64,000 nucleotides of DNA from Hemiscyllium ocellatum. Its lineage: Eukaryota. The number at the start of each line of letters is the position of its first letter. Position 1 is the stretch's first letter. A program made the translations under genes and the position numbers. The notes below the pieces were generated by a model, which was given only the letters and a program-made list of their open reading frames with translations, was not told the origin of the DNA and did not search any database. Of the stretch, positions 49,580-63,369 are shown in pieces. The stretch spans positions 5,368,923-5,432,922 of the forward strand of contig NC_083449.1 of assembly GCF_020745735.1 (NCBI RefSeq). Reading direction: 5' to 3'.

Positions 49580-51280
49580 AATTGGACAAACTCACTGATA
49601 TAAGGGTAGAAAAGTCTCCTGGTCCTAATGGATTGCATCCGAGGGGACTAAAAGAGATGGCACTCTTGGTAATTTTCTAAACTTAGCTGGACTCTGGGGC
49701 AGTTGCGCAGATCGGAAAACAGCAAATGTGATGCCATTGTTTAAAAAGGGAGGTAGAGAAAACAAATGGGGAATTATAGGCCAGTTAGCTTAACATATGT
49801 AGTGGCAAGATGCTAGAGTCTATTATCAAGGAAGAAATCGCAGGCATCTCAATAGAAATTGTCCCAATTGCCAGGTGCAGCAGGTCATGTTTAATTAATC
49901 TTCTTGAATACTATGAAGACTTTATAAGTACGCTGAACAATGTGGACCAAGTGGATGTGTAATACCTAGATTTCCAAAAGGCATTCGACAAGATGCCGTG
50001 CAAAAGGCTGCTGCATAAGATAAAGGTGCATAGCATTGCAGGCAATCCATTAGCATGGATAGTGGGTTGGTTCTGAAAATGTGTTGCTAGAAAAACGCAG
50101 CAGGTCAGGCAGTATCCAAGGAACAGGAGATTCGACATTTCCTTGGATGCTGCCTGACCTGCTGCGCTTTTCCAGCAACACATTTTCAGCTCTGATCTCC
50201 AGCATCTGCAGACCTCACTTTCTCCTAGAGGGTTGGCTAACTAACAGGAAGCAAAGAGTGGGGAAATTTGAATGATTGCCAACCAGAAAAACAATGACTA
50301 GTGGTGTGCATCAGGGATCAGTGTTAGGACTGCAATTTACAATTTACGCAGATGGTGTGGAGTTGAGGACCACATGTAGTGTGTTAAAGTTTGCAGATGA
50401 CAAACGTTTACAGGCATATGTTCAAGTGTGTGGATGAAGGTCTGGCAGATGGAATTCAATGTTGGTAAATGTGAAGTTATCCATTTTAGTAGCAATAATA
50501 GTAAAAAGGACTATTATTTGAACAGTAAAAATTTGCAGTAAGTTACTGTGCAGTGGGACCTGGGTTTCCTTGAGCATAAATCGCAGAAGGCTGGTCTGCG
50601 AATGCAACAGGTAAATACTAAGGCAAATGGAATATCGACCTTCATTGGTGGAGGAATTGAGTTTAAAAAGTGAGGAGGATATGTTGTGGTTGTATAGGGT
50701 GCTGGTGAGGTCACATCTAGAGTACTGCGTGCAGTTTTGGTCTCCTTACTTGAGAAAGGAGGTACTGGCACTAAAGGGGTTGCAGAGGAAGCTCACTAGG
50801 TTCTTGAGTTGAGGGGTCTGCTTTAAGAGGAGAGACTGAGTAGGCTGGGATTATAATCATTGGACTTTAGAAGATTGGTGGGGGTGGGTGGGGGAGGAAT
50901 CTTACTGAGACATATAAAATTATGAAGGGAATAAATGAGATTGAAGCAGGAAGAAAGTTGCCACTGGCGGTGAACCTAGAACAAGAGGGCATTGACTCAA
51001 AATTAGGGGGAGCAGATTTAGGACTGAATTGAGAAGGAATTTTTTCACCCAGAGGGTTGTGAATATGTAGCATTCCCTCCCCAGTGAAGTAGATGAAGTT
51101 TCCTCATTTAATGTTTTTAAAGCTAAGATAATATTTTGAAGAGTAAAGGAATTCAGGGTTATGGTGAGAGGCTGGGTAAGTAGAGCTGAGGCTGGGAAAA
51201 GATCAGCTGTGATCTTATTGAATGGCAGAGCAGGTTCAAAGGGTCAGATGGCCAACCCTTACTCCAAATTCTTACGTTTG
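49580..51280 (+). mobile_element. Degraded CR1 RT plus 3'UTR, interrupted by a Penelope hairpin
   Basis: KSPGPNGLHP, DFQKAFD, KFADD, LYRVLVRSHLEYCVQFWSP motifs. Confidence 0.85.
50073..50225. mobile_element. Penelope family A, 150-bp fold-back insertion with ~13-bp degenerate TSD
   Basis: Inverted arms plus tail; flanks tagtgggttggtt / tagagggttggct. Confidence 0.8.
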
Positions 51281-53696
51281 TAATTTTTAATGGTCAATCA
51301 TCCCAAACCTGGAACATCACTGCAGGAGTTTCTCAGGTTGGTATCCTTGGCGTAACCACTCTGAGCTACCTCAATGACTTTATGTTTGAATGAAAGTCCA
51401 AGTTGGTACTCTGATTACACAATATGTGGCACCATTTAAGATTCCTCAGGCAATCTCTATCCTAACACTAAAAGAAGATCAGTCACATGGAACATGTTTT
51501 GTATAACAGGACATCTCAAGGTCCTTCAGGAGAGTTTGCAAAATAAACATTGGGCACCAACACGTTGAATGGTATTCTCTTGAATGACGAAACATTTGAT
51601 TGCAGGGCAAGTTTTGAACAAATATTAACAAGGAGAGGGGCAGACTGGTTGAGGGATGGAATATCAGAACGTCCTGCTCAGGCAAGGCCATAATGGAATA
51701 ATGACAGTCAGAGATGCTAAAGAGGGCAGAATGAGTGGAATGCAGGTATCCCAGAGTGAGGAAGTGCAGGTAACAGGGGCAGGGAGCAACACAGCCCAAT
51801 ATGCAGATATCACAGAGTTACGGACTGGATATTGTAGTGAGCAAGAGGGATTTTTGCAATTTTTAACTGGAGCAAATTTCTGCTCATGGAGGCAGTACCT
51901 TAGTGGTACTGTCAGCAGACTATTAACCTCAGGACCCAGGTCATGTTCGGAGGATCTGGTTTTAAATTCTACTATGACGGATGAGTTGAATGAAAATCTG
52001 GAATTGTGTGTTGGAAAATCCCACCTGGTATACTGAAGTCCTTTTAAAGGAAGGAAACAGTGTCCATAACCCAGTCTGCTGTACGTGATTCTAGATCTGT
52101 AGTGATGTGGTTGGCTCTTAACTGCCTGGATGAGCGAGTGGTAGCCTCGTCCCATGAATCAATAAAACATCCAGTGCTGGCGAATACAGTCTGATAATTT
52201 AGCAACAGTGGAATAATGGAGACATTGGGTTGTCTAATGGGATAGAATTGGGTAATGTCAGCAGACATGTGAACACTAATGCTGAGCCTTTGGATGAGCT
52301 CACCTCATGATGTCGTGTGGTTGAGAATAGCAGAAGCCAGGGATAGGGTCCTCCCTTGAGGGTTACCAACTTCTAGGTTTTTGGAAAGGAAATGAGGCCA
52401 CATTGGTCTTCACTGGATGGATGATGGTGGTGGAATTAAAGTGACAGGCACCTTAACAGTTCTTGCTCTCATCTGGTAACAATATCAGTGAATGGGAGGA
52501 GGTTGGATGCTTGACAATTGAGTGGGAAAATGGTCAAGAGATGAGAATTTGGTTCTGATGGACACAAGGAGCTGGACCTGGGGGAAGTTGCGTATTCAGG
52601 ACTCTGACAATGTGGAACTTCAGAGACAGTTTCAGGGACAGGAGGGACATGGAAGAGACAGCTGCTCAGATTATCTCAATCTGAATGACAAAGAAGCTCC
52701 ACAAGCCCCTTACAAGATGGAGGAGAGAGAAAGGGAACCTTTTCAAAAGGAAGTGCTATGAATATCAGAACATGTTAGCAAGCTGGGTGTTCACTATAAA
52801 TTTGATATTATTGACATTTTAATTCCTTTATAAACACCTGTAACCAAGCTAGAATTTCCACAAAGTAATTGAAAAAGGCCACAATGAATCAAATTGGGTG
52901 CTGGGTGTGATCGACAGCAAATTCCAACTCCTTCAGTTATGGAAGTTACTCTGGCAGTTATGTAGTTAGCTTAGTGTTGTAATGCATGCCCAGTATCATA
53001 TTACAGGACTCCAGTTACAGATAATGATAGTGCATTGTGATAGGTTAGCCAAATCTCTGGTAACAACGGCATCTCCAAATCATGAGCTAATGCTGATGTT
53101 ATGTGATTGGTTCCCTCCATCACAGTTAACCTGTGTGGCAAATGATGATTAGTTTAGAAAGATAAAGCAAGCCAGCATGATTGGCTATGCTTATGTTATC
53201 CAATAAGCGCAGGAAGAACAACTGTATAAGTCGCAGGAGAACAAAGAGCCTGTGGGGAGACAGGGAAGACATTTCGTTGGCTCCAACAGCTTTGATTTTG
53301 CAAGATTAAAGTTTAAATTTTTAATGAAACATTGTGGAAGAATCACTCAACACAGTTAGAGGGAGATCATTCCAATGAGCACTTAGAAATAGGTTTGTTA
53401 CATTGTGTTTAATACAAAGTGAATTTATTTTACTCTCATTCCCTTTAACTAAGTCATCCCTTTAACTAAGCTGGAGTATATTATGTTCAGCAGAAACCTG
53501 CCCCAGTGGATATCATTCAGTTATCAATTACAAAAATAATTAAGTTCTTTGACATAGCTACACATCAGGTGGGACTATGAAGCAGGGAGATGTTCACATT
53601 TAAAAAAAGGCTCTGAATTTTCTAATTAATATGCTGGTGTTTCAGCTTGGATTTCACAATGAATCTCGTCCAACAGTCAGTGCAGCAGAACAGCCT

Positions 53697-54219
53697 CTAA
53701 CTTCCGAGAGATCGCTGGTGTTTTATGAGAAAATCCTTTCCTGTCGTGTGAGCAAGTGAACGGTCTCTCTCCAGTGTGGATCTGCTGGTGTTTAATGAGG
53801 TTGGGTGATGGTTTGAACCCACACCACCGTGAGAGAACATGAAGGGTCTCTCATTACAGTGAGGATGTTGTTGGGATATCAATGCCCCAGAATTTTTAAA
53901 GCACCTCCCACATTCTGAGAATTTCAAAGGTCTGTTCTCTCTGTTAACTTGCTGGGGTTTCAGCAGGGTGGATGATTGAGTGAATCCTTTGGAACAGATG
54001 AGTGGCCTTTCCCCAGTGTGGCTGTATTTATATTGTGACAGGGCAGATGATCTGCTGAAGACTTGTCCACATGTACAACACATACAGTTTCTCCCCCATT
54101 GTGAAGGGTGCTTTTTTCCTGCAAAACCCAATGATAGTCAGATGACAATAAACTCAGCAGATTGGGAAGTGATGCCTGGTTTTAAGTTTCCTCATTGCAA
54201 ATCATCTTCTTCGAATACC
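53697..54219 (-). pseudogene. C2H2 zinc-finger gene exon, decayed
   Basis: tttcacag acceptor at 54220; CCTCGQVFSRSSAL...HTGERP, KGFTQSSTLLK, SECGRCFK...HCNERPF with many Cys/His ligands lost and frame changes. Confidence 0.8.
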
Positions 54220-55893
54220 CTGTGAAATTCATTGAAAACAAAAGGCAAATCAAGTGAGAACCCAGAAAAGGATGTTAAAAACCATCAGATGCAACACAAC
54301 CCAGCAAGTCTGCTGTCACCATTCAGTGAAATCAGAGCTGATCCGATAATCTTCAGCTCGATTTTCCTGCCTTATGACCCCACCCTTGAATCCCTTACTA
54401 ATTGAAAATTTATCTATCTCAGCCTTGGACACACTGAGCAGCACAGCCTTTACAGGCCACTGCAGTATTCAGTACCCGAAGAGAAGGAATTCCTCCATCT
54501 GTGAGATTATGTCCTCAAGTGCCCAACTCTCAAATAAGTAGTAACAATCTCCCAGAATCTACAATTTCAAGTTCCTCAGAATCTTTTCATAAGGTCTTGT
54601 CTCATTCTTCTGAACTTCATTGAGTACAGAAGCTGTCTGCTCAAACTCATCTCCTGAGAAATTCTTCCCATATCCAGGATCAATCTCCTGAAAGCTCTAT
54701 GGACTGCCTTTCCCAAAACAAAGACCAAAGCTATTCACAGGATTCCAAATGTGATCTGACTTGTGTCTTGTACAATTTTAGCAAAACTTCCATTTTTCTC
54801 CCCATTTCCTTTAAATGAAAGCCAACTGACTATTTCCCTTCCTGAATACCCACTGAACCTGATGCTAGTTTTTCACCTTTCAAGCAGAAGGACCCACAAT
54901 TCCATCTGCAGTTTTCTGCAGAGGTTTTCCCTCATTAAATAATATTCACCTCTCCTCGTCTTCCTGCCAAAATGCATATATTTTCCCACATTATGTTCCA
55001 CAGTGCTGGAAGGAGGATGATGAGAATGAGAGGGGTTTTATCAACCATATCTTGAGCATAACCTCCCAAATCAGCCACTTTCACCACCATGAAGGACTGG
55101 GGAGCATGTGTATGTGACCAGCACTCCCTTGGAGATCTCTCCAACTCTCACAATGTCCCAACATCCAGTGCTGGATGAATAGAAATTGCCTCCAATTTAA
55201 ACAAGAACTTGGGAGCAGAGTCTGTTCAAGAGAGGTGTGAGGAATGACTTCGATATGAAAAGGGTGGAAAAGGTTGTTCGTTTTTAGTTTGAGACAGATA
55301 AACTTTTGTTCAACAAAGGTATTCAGGGATATGGGCCAAAGGTTGAACTCCACACAACAGCCATGAGTTCATTCAATAGTGAAACAGCTGAAAGGCCTAC
55401 TCCTAGTCCTTTGTTCACTGAAAGCTGCAGGCCTCAGTCCCTGTTACAGACTTCCTAACTCCAACTGTATAGCGCCTCAGGTAACTATCTGGACCAGGCT
55501 CTTCCCAACATTAGGAGAACATCACACTTGGAGATCAGCTTTCAGCCACAGACCCACATCCTCACCGTGACATTCTATTTCCATTTCAGTAACGTGGCCT
55601 GACTCCAACACAGTCTCAGCTCCAGGTGCTCAAAATCTCATCCTGTCCTTTGTAATCTCGAGACTGAATGACCCTAATACACTCCTGATCCAGCTCCCAC
55701 TTTCAACCTCCCTGTAATCTTCAGCTGATCCAACACCCCGCTGCCCGTGTGCTCACTCACACTGAGTTTTGTTCTCCTCACCCTGAGCTCACTGACCTGA
55801 AGAGGTCAAAAATTGAGGAAAAGCAACATTTTAACAAATTTCTTGTCCTTCTTTTCAAATCCTTCTATGATAGTGATCATTCCCATCTCCTGT

Positions 55894-56220
55894 GGGCGGC
55901 ACGGTGACGCAGTGGTTAGCACTGCTGCCTCACAGCGCCAGAGACCAGGGTTCAATTCCAGCCTCAGGCGAATGTCTGTGTGGAGTCTGCACATTCTCCC
56001 AGTGTCTGCGTGGGTTTCCTCTGGGTGCTCCGGTTTCCTCTCACAGTCCAAAAATGTGCAGGTTAGGTGAATTGGCCATGCTAAATTGCCCTTGGTGTTC
56101 GGTGCAGGGGTAAAAGTAGGGAATGGGTCTGGGTGGGTGTGCTTTGGTAGGTCGGTGTGGATTTGTTGGGCCGAAGGGCCTGTATACACACTGTATGTAA
56201 TCTAAGTAAGTAATCTAATC
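55894..56220 (+). mobile_element. Full-length HE1-like tRNA SINE
   Basis: A box TGACGCAGTGG, B box GGTTCAATTCC, CR1-like 3' tail gggccgaagggcctg...aatctaatct. Confidence 0.88.
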
Positions 56221-56359
56221 TCTGCCAGCCACACAATCTTTCAAGATATCTACACTTGCTTATTTTTGGCTTCTTGAGCATGGTCATTTAATCTCCCAAA
56301 CAACAGTGGATGTTCTTTCAGGATGAAATGTTTAAAAATCAAATTAAGCACCAAGTCAT

Positions 56360-57120
56360 TGAAATGGAGGGGCCAGACCAGGTGAAGTGTCATGATTGCA
56401 TTATGTCAGAGCAGCTGGACCCCATTGTGGTTCATAGTTAATACAGCCATAACAAGTGTTGGTTGAGAGATTCCAGCTCAGATTGTTGAGCTGAAGTCTG
56501 AGCTCCGAACATTGCCACACATCAGGGAGGGGCAAGAGTTACCTAGATGCTCTGTTTCAGGAGGCAATCACACCCCTTAGATTAACTACCTCAAATCAAT
56601 CAGTGGTCAGGGATAGAAGGGTGTGACTATGAGTGATGCAGATAGAGGAAGCCAGAGGGTAGTGCTAAATGAGCCTCAGCCCTTCAGCTTGTCAAACATG
56701 TTTGAGATTCTTGCTCCCTTTGTGGATGAGAGTGGGGTCTGTAGGGAGGATGAGCAAACTGACCACAGCACTGTGGGAAAGGGAGCCATTCAAGAAGAAG
56801 GAGAAAAGAGAAATGCAAGTGTAATCGGAAACAGTGTAGTCAGGGGAAAAGAGACTCTTCCCTGTTGCCAGAGTCAAGAGTCCCGAAGGCAGATTTGCCT
56901 GCTTGGTGCCTGGCTTCATGCTGCAGGGGAACGATCCAGTTGTCAATATAGACAGAACAAGGGAAGAAGTTCTGCTGAAGGAATATGTGCAGCTCAGGGA
57001 TAAATTAAGAAATAGAATAAAAAAATCTCTGGATTACTACCCGAGCCATAATGTCAGCAAGATTATAACAGTGAGATGTGTGGGGCTGAACAACTGGTGT
57101 AGGAGAAACAGGAGTTTTGA
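56360..57120 (+). mobile_element. CR1 ORF1 fragment (Cys-rich N-terminus + SGNH-esterase block)
   Basis: LSNMFEILA and VIGNSVVRG...SRRQICLLGA parallel the ORF1 of the 30110-35108 element. Confidence 0.65.
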
Positions 57121-57124
57121 ATTC

Positions 57125-58291
57125 ACCTGCATGTCCTTGGTGGAGTGGGAGGGGGAGTTGAAGTGTTGAGCCACAGGATGGTTGGGTTGATTGGTCCAGT
57201 TGTCCCAGAGGTGTTCTCTGAAACGTTCCGCAAGTAGGCGGCCTGTCTCCCCAATATAGAGGAGGCCACATCGGGTGAAGCAGATGCAGTAAATGATGTG
57301 TGTGGAGGTGCAGGTGAATTTGTGGTGGATATGGAAGGATCCCTTGGGGCCTTGGAGGGAAGTAAGGAGCGGGGGGGGGAGGAGTGTGGGCGCAGGTTTT
57401 GCATTTCTTGCAGTTGCAGGGAAAGGTGCCGGGAGTGGAGGTTGGATTGGTGGAGGGTGTGAACCTGACAAGGGAGTCACGGAGGGAGTGGTCATTTCGG
57501 AACGCTGATAGGGGAGGGAAATATATCTCTGGTGGTGAGGTCCGTTTGGAGGTGGCGGAAATGACGACGCATGATACGATGTATATGGAGATTGGTCGGG
57601 TGGTAGGTGAGAACCAGTGGGGTTCTGTCCTGGTGGCGCAGGGCTCAAGGGCGGAGGAGCGGGAAGTGGAGGGCATCGTCGATCACGGCTGGGGGGAAAT
57701 TGCGGTCTTTGAAGAAGGAGGCCATCTTGGTTGTATGGTATTGGAACTGGTCCTCCTGGGAGCAGATGTGGCAGAGACGAAGCAATTGGGAATACGGGAT
57801 GGCGTTTTTACATGGGGCGGGGTGGGAGGAGGTGTAGTCTAGGTAGCTGTGGGAGTCGGTCGGTTTATAGTGAACGTCCGTGTTGATTCGGTCGCCCAAG
57901 ATAGAAATGGATATAGTAAACGTTCCAGCTAGGAACCCTCCAACCACAAGGGATGAACTCAGATTTCTCCAGTTTCCTCATTTCCCCTCCCCCCCCCACC
58001 TTGTCTCAGTCTAATCCCTTGAACTCAGCACCGTCTTCCTTACCTTCAATCTTCTTCCTGACCTCTCCGCTCCGACCCTCACCACTCCAGCCTATCACCC
58101 TCACCTTGACCTCCTTCCACCTATAGCATTTCCAACGCCCCTCCCCCAAGTCCCTCCTCCCTACCTTTTATCTTAGCCTGCTGGACACACTTTCCTCATT
58201 CCTGAAGAAGGGCTCATGCTCGAAATGTTGACTCTCCTGCTCCTTGGATGCTGCCTGACCTGCTGCGCTTTTCCAGCAACACATTTTCAGC
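57125..58291. mobile_element. Penelope family A: minus-strand RT C-terminus/GIY-YIG (57125-57915) plus inverted tail-less terminal repeat (57927-58291)
   Basis: VHYKPTDSHSYLDY, IYCICFTRCGLLYIGETGR; plus copy ends at cattttcagct, as at 34828. Confidence 0.9.
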
Positions 58292-59850
58292 TAAGGGGAG
58301 GATGAGACAACCCTGGTTGACATGAGAAATCAAGGAGAGCATAAAGGCAACAGAAGCAGCACATTGTGTGGTAAAGATTAGTGGAAGCCAGAATATTGGG
58401 AAGTCTTTAAAAAACAGCAAATAAAAGGTGGGGGTGGGGAAAGAGATGAAATATGAGAGTAAGCAAGTTACTAATGTAAAAGAGGGCTGCAGGCCCTTTT
58501 GGATATCTAAACAGTTATGAAGAGACAAGAGTGAACATTGGACAGTTTGAAAACAATGCTGGAGAAGTAGTAATGGCGAACCACGGCATGGCAGAGGACC
58601 TGAAGAGGTAGTTTCCATCAGTTTCAAGGGAGACGTGAAGACAGAAGTGAGTGCATTGGCCATTGGTAAGGGGAAGGTACTGGGAAGCTGAAGGTGGATA
58701 AATCACCAAGACCGGATGGACTACACTCCAGATAACTGAAGGAGAAAGTGGAGTAGATTGGAGAGGCATTGGTGGTGATCTTTCAGAAAGCATAGGAGTC
58801 AGGCAGGGTCCCAGATGACTGGAAAATGGCTAATGCAACACGTGTTTAAGAAAGGAGAGAGGCAGAGGCAGGAAACTATAGGCTACGTAGCTAGAACGTT
58901 GTCACTCCTAAGGGTTGAGAATCCCTTGTTTAGAATGAGGCTGCAAAGTACTTGAAAGTGCATTGTAAAATATGGCAGAGTCAGCACAGCTTTGTTAAGG
59001 AGAGGTCTTCCCTGACAAATCTGTTTGAATTCTTTGAGGAAGTAATAAGCAAGTTAGACAACACAGAGCCAGTGGATGTAATCGATTTGCATTTCCAGAA
59101 GGCCTTTGATAAGGTACCACACAGCAGGCTGCTAAATAAAGTAAAGGTAGAGAATTGGCTGCCTGACAGAGTCGGGATAAAAGGGTCATTTACAGAATGG
59201 CAGCCGGTGACTCATGGACTTCCACAGGGATCAGTATTGGGACCACAACTGTTCATGTTATGCCTTAATCATCTGGACAAAGGAACTGAGGGCATTGTTA
59301 CCACATTTGCACATGGGATAAATGTCGCTGGAGGGGCAGGTAGTGCTGAGGAGGTGCGGAGGGTATAGAAAGATTTGGACAGGCTGCAAGAGTGGACACA
59401 GAAGTGACAGATGGAATACAATGTGGGAAATTGTGAGATCATGCACTCTGGGAGAAGGAACAAAGATGTTGATAATTTTCTGGACAGGGAAAGGCTTCAG
59501 AAATCTCAAAGGCAAGGGACCTTGGGAGTCCTAGTTCAGGAATTCTTCTAAGGTTAACTGGCAGGTTCACTTGGCAGTTTGGAAGGCAAATGCCATTTTA
59601 ACATTTATTTCAAGGAGGCTACAATACAAGAGCAGAGATGTACTGCTGAGGCTCTATCAGCTCTGCTCAGACTGCATTTGGAATAGTGAGCAGCTTTGGG
59701 CCCATTATCTCAGGCTTGTGTTGGAGGGAGCCCAGAGTACATTTATAACAATGACCCCAGGATGAAGGATTTGTCAGAAAAACAGCAATTGAGGATAACC
59801 CTGGATCTGTATTCAATAGATTATAGAAGTATGAGGGGGGGTATAGGAAG
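58292..59850 (+). mobile_element. Degraded CR1 ORF2 fragment
   Basis: [37 protein letters not shown]. Confidence 0.85.
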
Positions 59851-62800
59851 GATAGAAAGACAGGTAAAAGAGAAGGCAGAGTGGTGTTTTGATTAAGGAA
59901 AACATTGCTGCTCTAACTAGAGAAAATATTTCTGAAAAAGATCATCCAGTGAAAATATCTGGGTTAAAATAAGAAAGGGAAAATCACCAAGATGGGACTG
60001 TACTATAGGCCCCCCAACAGTCAGAAGGAAACTGAGGAACAAATATACACATTTCAGATATATGTAAGAATATAAAGGCTGTAATAGTAGTTTTTTACAA
60101 ACATTGTCTGGAAGTACCATTGTGTTAAAGGCTTGGATGGAAAAGAGACTTTTAAAATTCGAAGAAAATTTCTTAGTCAACATGTAAATGTTCCGAGAGA
60201 AGGAGCTTCATGTTCCAGGTTACAAATGCTACAGGAAGCTAAGAAAGTGGGGGCAAGAGAGGAGGGGAGTGGCAGTTTTGATAAGGGATAGCATTACTAC
60301 TGTACTTAGGGACGATATTCCTGGGGATATATCCAGGAAGTTATTTGGATGGTACTGAGAAATAAGAAGGGGATAGTCATCTTATTGGGATAGTATTATA
60401 GACTCTCTGATAGTCATCAAGAAATTCAGAAACAAATTTGTAAGGAGATTTCAGTTCTCTGTAAGAATAATACGGTGGATATGGTAGGGGATTTTAATAT
60501 TCCAAATATGACAGCGACTGTCGTAGTATTAAGAGTTTAGAAGGAGAGGAATTTATTAAGTGTGTACAAGGAAAGTTTCTGATTTAGTATATGGATGTTC
60601 CTGCTAGAGAAGATGCAAAATTTGACCTACTCCTGGGAAATAAGGCAGGGCAGGTGACTGAGGTGTCAGTAAGGGAAGCAGTTTGGAGCCAGCAACCATA
60701 AATCTGTTTGTTTTTAAATAGTGATGGAAAAGGATAGACCGGGTCTTAAAGCTGAAGTTCAAAATTGGAGGAAGGCTAATTTTGACAGCATTAGGCAAGA
60801 ACTTTCAGAAGCTGATTGGGAGCAGATGTTTGGAGGTAAAGTGAAGGCTGTGAAATGGGAAGCCTTCAAAATGCGATAACAAGAGTCTAGAGTTAGTATA
60901 TTCCTGTTTGGGTGAAAGGAAAGGCCAGTAGGTGTAAGGAATGCTGGATGATGAGAGAAATTGAGGTTTTGGTTAAGAAAAAAATGAAGCATATGTCAGG
61001 TATAGTCAGGAGAAATTGAGTGAATCCTTAGAGTATAAAGGTAGAAGGAGTATCCTTAAGAGAGAAATCCCATGGGCAAAAAGGAGACATGAGATTGCAT
61101 TCTCCTTACTTCTATTTGCCAAAGCTAAGAGTAATAGAGAAAGGACAATAGAGTAACTAGGGAGAGAGAATAGGGCCTCTCAAAGATCAGCAAGGCACCT
61201 GATGCGTGGAGCCATGGGAGATGCGGAAGATACTAAATGAGTATTTTGCGTCAGTGTTCACTGTGAAGGACGATATGGAAGACAATAGAATGGGAAAATA
61301 GATAGTGACATCTTGAAAAATGTCCATATTACAGAGGAGAAAGTGCTGGATGTCTTGAAATGCATAAAACTGGATAAATCCCCAAGACCTGATCAGGTGC
61401 ACCCTCGAACTCTGTGGGAAGGTAGGGAAGTGATTGCTAGGCACCTTGCTGAGATATTTTTATCACTGATAGTCGCAGGTGAGGTGCTGGATGACTGGAA
61501 GACTGTTAATGTTGTGCCACTATTTAAGATAGGTGGTAAGGAAAAGCCAGGGAACTATAGACCGGTAAGTCTGACATCGGTGGTGGGCAAGATGTTGGAG
61601 GGAATCCTGAAAGACAGGATTGACATGCATTTGGTAAGGCAAGGACGGATTAGGGATAGTCAGCATGGCTTTGTGCATGGGATAACGTGTCATGAACTTG
61701 ATTGAGTTGTTTTGAAGAAGTAACAAAGAGGATTGATGAGGTCAGAGTGGTGAATGTGATCTATATGGCCTTCAGTAAGGCGTTCGACGAGGTTCTTCAT
61801 GGGAGAGTGGTTAGCAAGGTTAGATCTCATGGAATACAGAGAAGGTAGCTAATTAAATGCAGAACTTGCTCGATGGGAAAAGATGGGGGTGGTGGTGGAG
61901 GAGAGATGCTTTTCAGACTGGAGGCCTGTGACCAGTGGTGTGCCACCAGTATCAGTGTTGGATCCACTGCATTTCATCATTTATGTGAATGATTTGGATT
62001 TGAACACAGCAGGTATAGTTAATAAGTTTGCAGATGACACCAAAATTGGACAGCAAAGAAGTTTCCTTCAAAGTACAACAGGGCCTTGATCACATGGGCC
62101 AATGGGCTGAGGAGTGGCAGATGGAATTTTATTCAGATAAATCTGAGGTGGAAAATTTTGGAAAGGCAAATCAGGGCAGGACTTGTACATTTAATGGTAA
62201 GATCGTGGGGAGTGTTGAACAAAGAGACCTTGGAGTGCAGGTTCATAGCTCCTTGAAAGGGGAGTCACAGATAGATAGGATTGTGAAGGCGACGTTTGGT
62301 ACGTTTTCTTCATTGGTCAGTGCATCGAGTATAGGAGTTGGGAGGTCATGTTGTGGCTGTGCAGATCATTGGTGAGGCCAGTTTTGGAATAGTGCATACA
62401 ATACTGGTCTCCTTCGTATTGGAAGGATATTGTGAAATGTTGAAGGGTTCACAAAAGATTTATAAGGAATTTGTCAGGGTTGGAGGATTTGAGCTATAGC
62501 TGAGAGAAGCTGAACAGGCTTGGGCTGACCACATAGAGGTTTATAAAATCATGAGGGACAATGCCTCTTCCCTGAGGTGGGGAGTACAAAAGTAGAGGCG
62601 TAGGTTTAAGGTAAATGGAGAAAAATTTTAAATGCACCTAAGCGGCAACTTTTTCACGCATAAGATGGTACGAGTAAGGAATGAGCTGCCAGAGGAAGTG
62701 GAGAAGGCTGGTACAATTACAACATTTAAAAGGCATCTGGATGAGTCCATGAAGAGGAAGGGTTCAAAGGGATATGGGTCAAGTGCTGGCAAATGGGACT

Positions 62801-62880
62801 AGATTAGTTTCTGACATCTGGTTGGCATGGATGAGTAGGACCAAAGAGTCTGCTTCAATGCTGTACATCTCAATGACTTA
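59850..62880 (+). mobile_element. Degraded CR1 ORF2 (APE + RT + 3'UTR), preceded by a second APE fragment
   Basis: YYRPP and GDFN motifs, [32 protein letters not shown], tail ctgtacatctcaatgact. Confidence 0.88.
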
Positions 62881-63369
62881 ATGGCTGTGAATGATAACAT
62901 TTATTGGAAATGGGGTGATGTGAATTGAGAATGGAGAGGAATAAAAAAAATGTTATAATTGCTTGGTGGTATTTGACTATTCTTGTGAAAATTTCTCTCT
63001 AGATATTGAGTTCCATGTGTGTCTAATTCAACTATTCTGTGACTGTGGAAAGTATGTTTTTCAGTCTGACAGCGATAACATACCTGCTGTTTGTTAGAAG
63101 GAACTGATCACACTTGGCTTCGTACCGAGAGAATGTTACATTGTTTTGCTCCTTCATGTAATTGTCTGGAGGAAGAGAAAAGAGACATCCCCTGTAAGTC
63201 AACATTAAGTGAGTTTGACAGTATCAAATCTTTCAATGTAATATTCATTTTATAATACTGAGGCTGTGTTTCTTTCAAGCCAGCATTTCATACAGAACTA
63301 CAGGTCTCACTCCATTCTTTGTCTGGTGATTGTAACAAAAGAAATCTATATCAATTCACTGAGAAGCAG

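Noticed and set aside
52977-53331. Possible short solo LTR (TG...CA, TATAA, ATTAAA)
   Set aside because: 5' boundary ambiguous and no TSD
55894-55970. tRNA gene
   Set aside because: A and B boxes belong to a SINE head followed by the SINE body and a LINE-like tail; no cloverleaf or poly-T terminator
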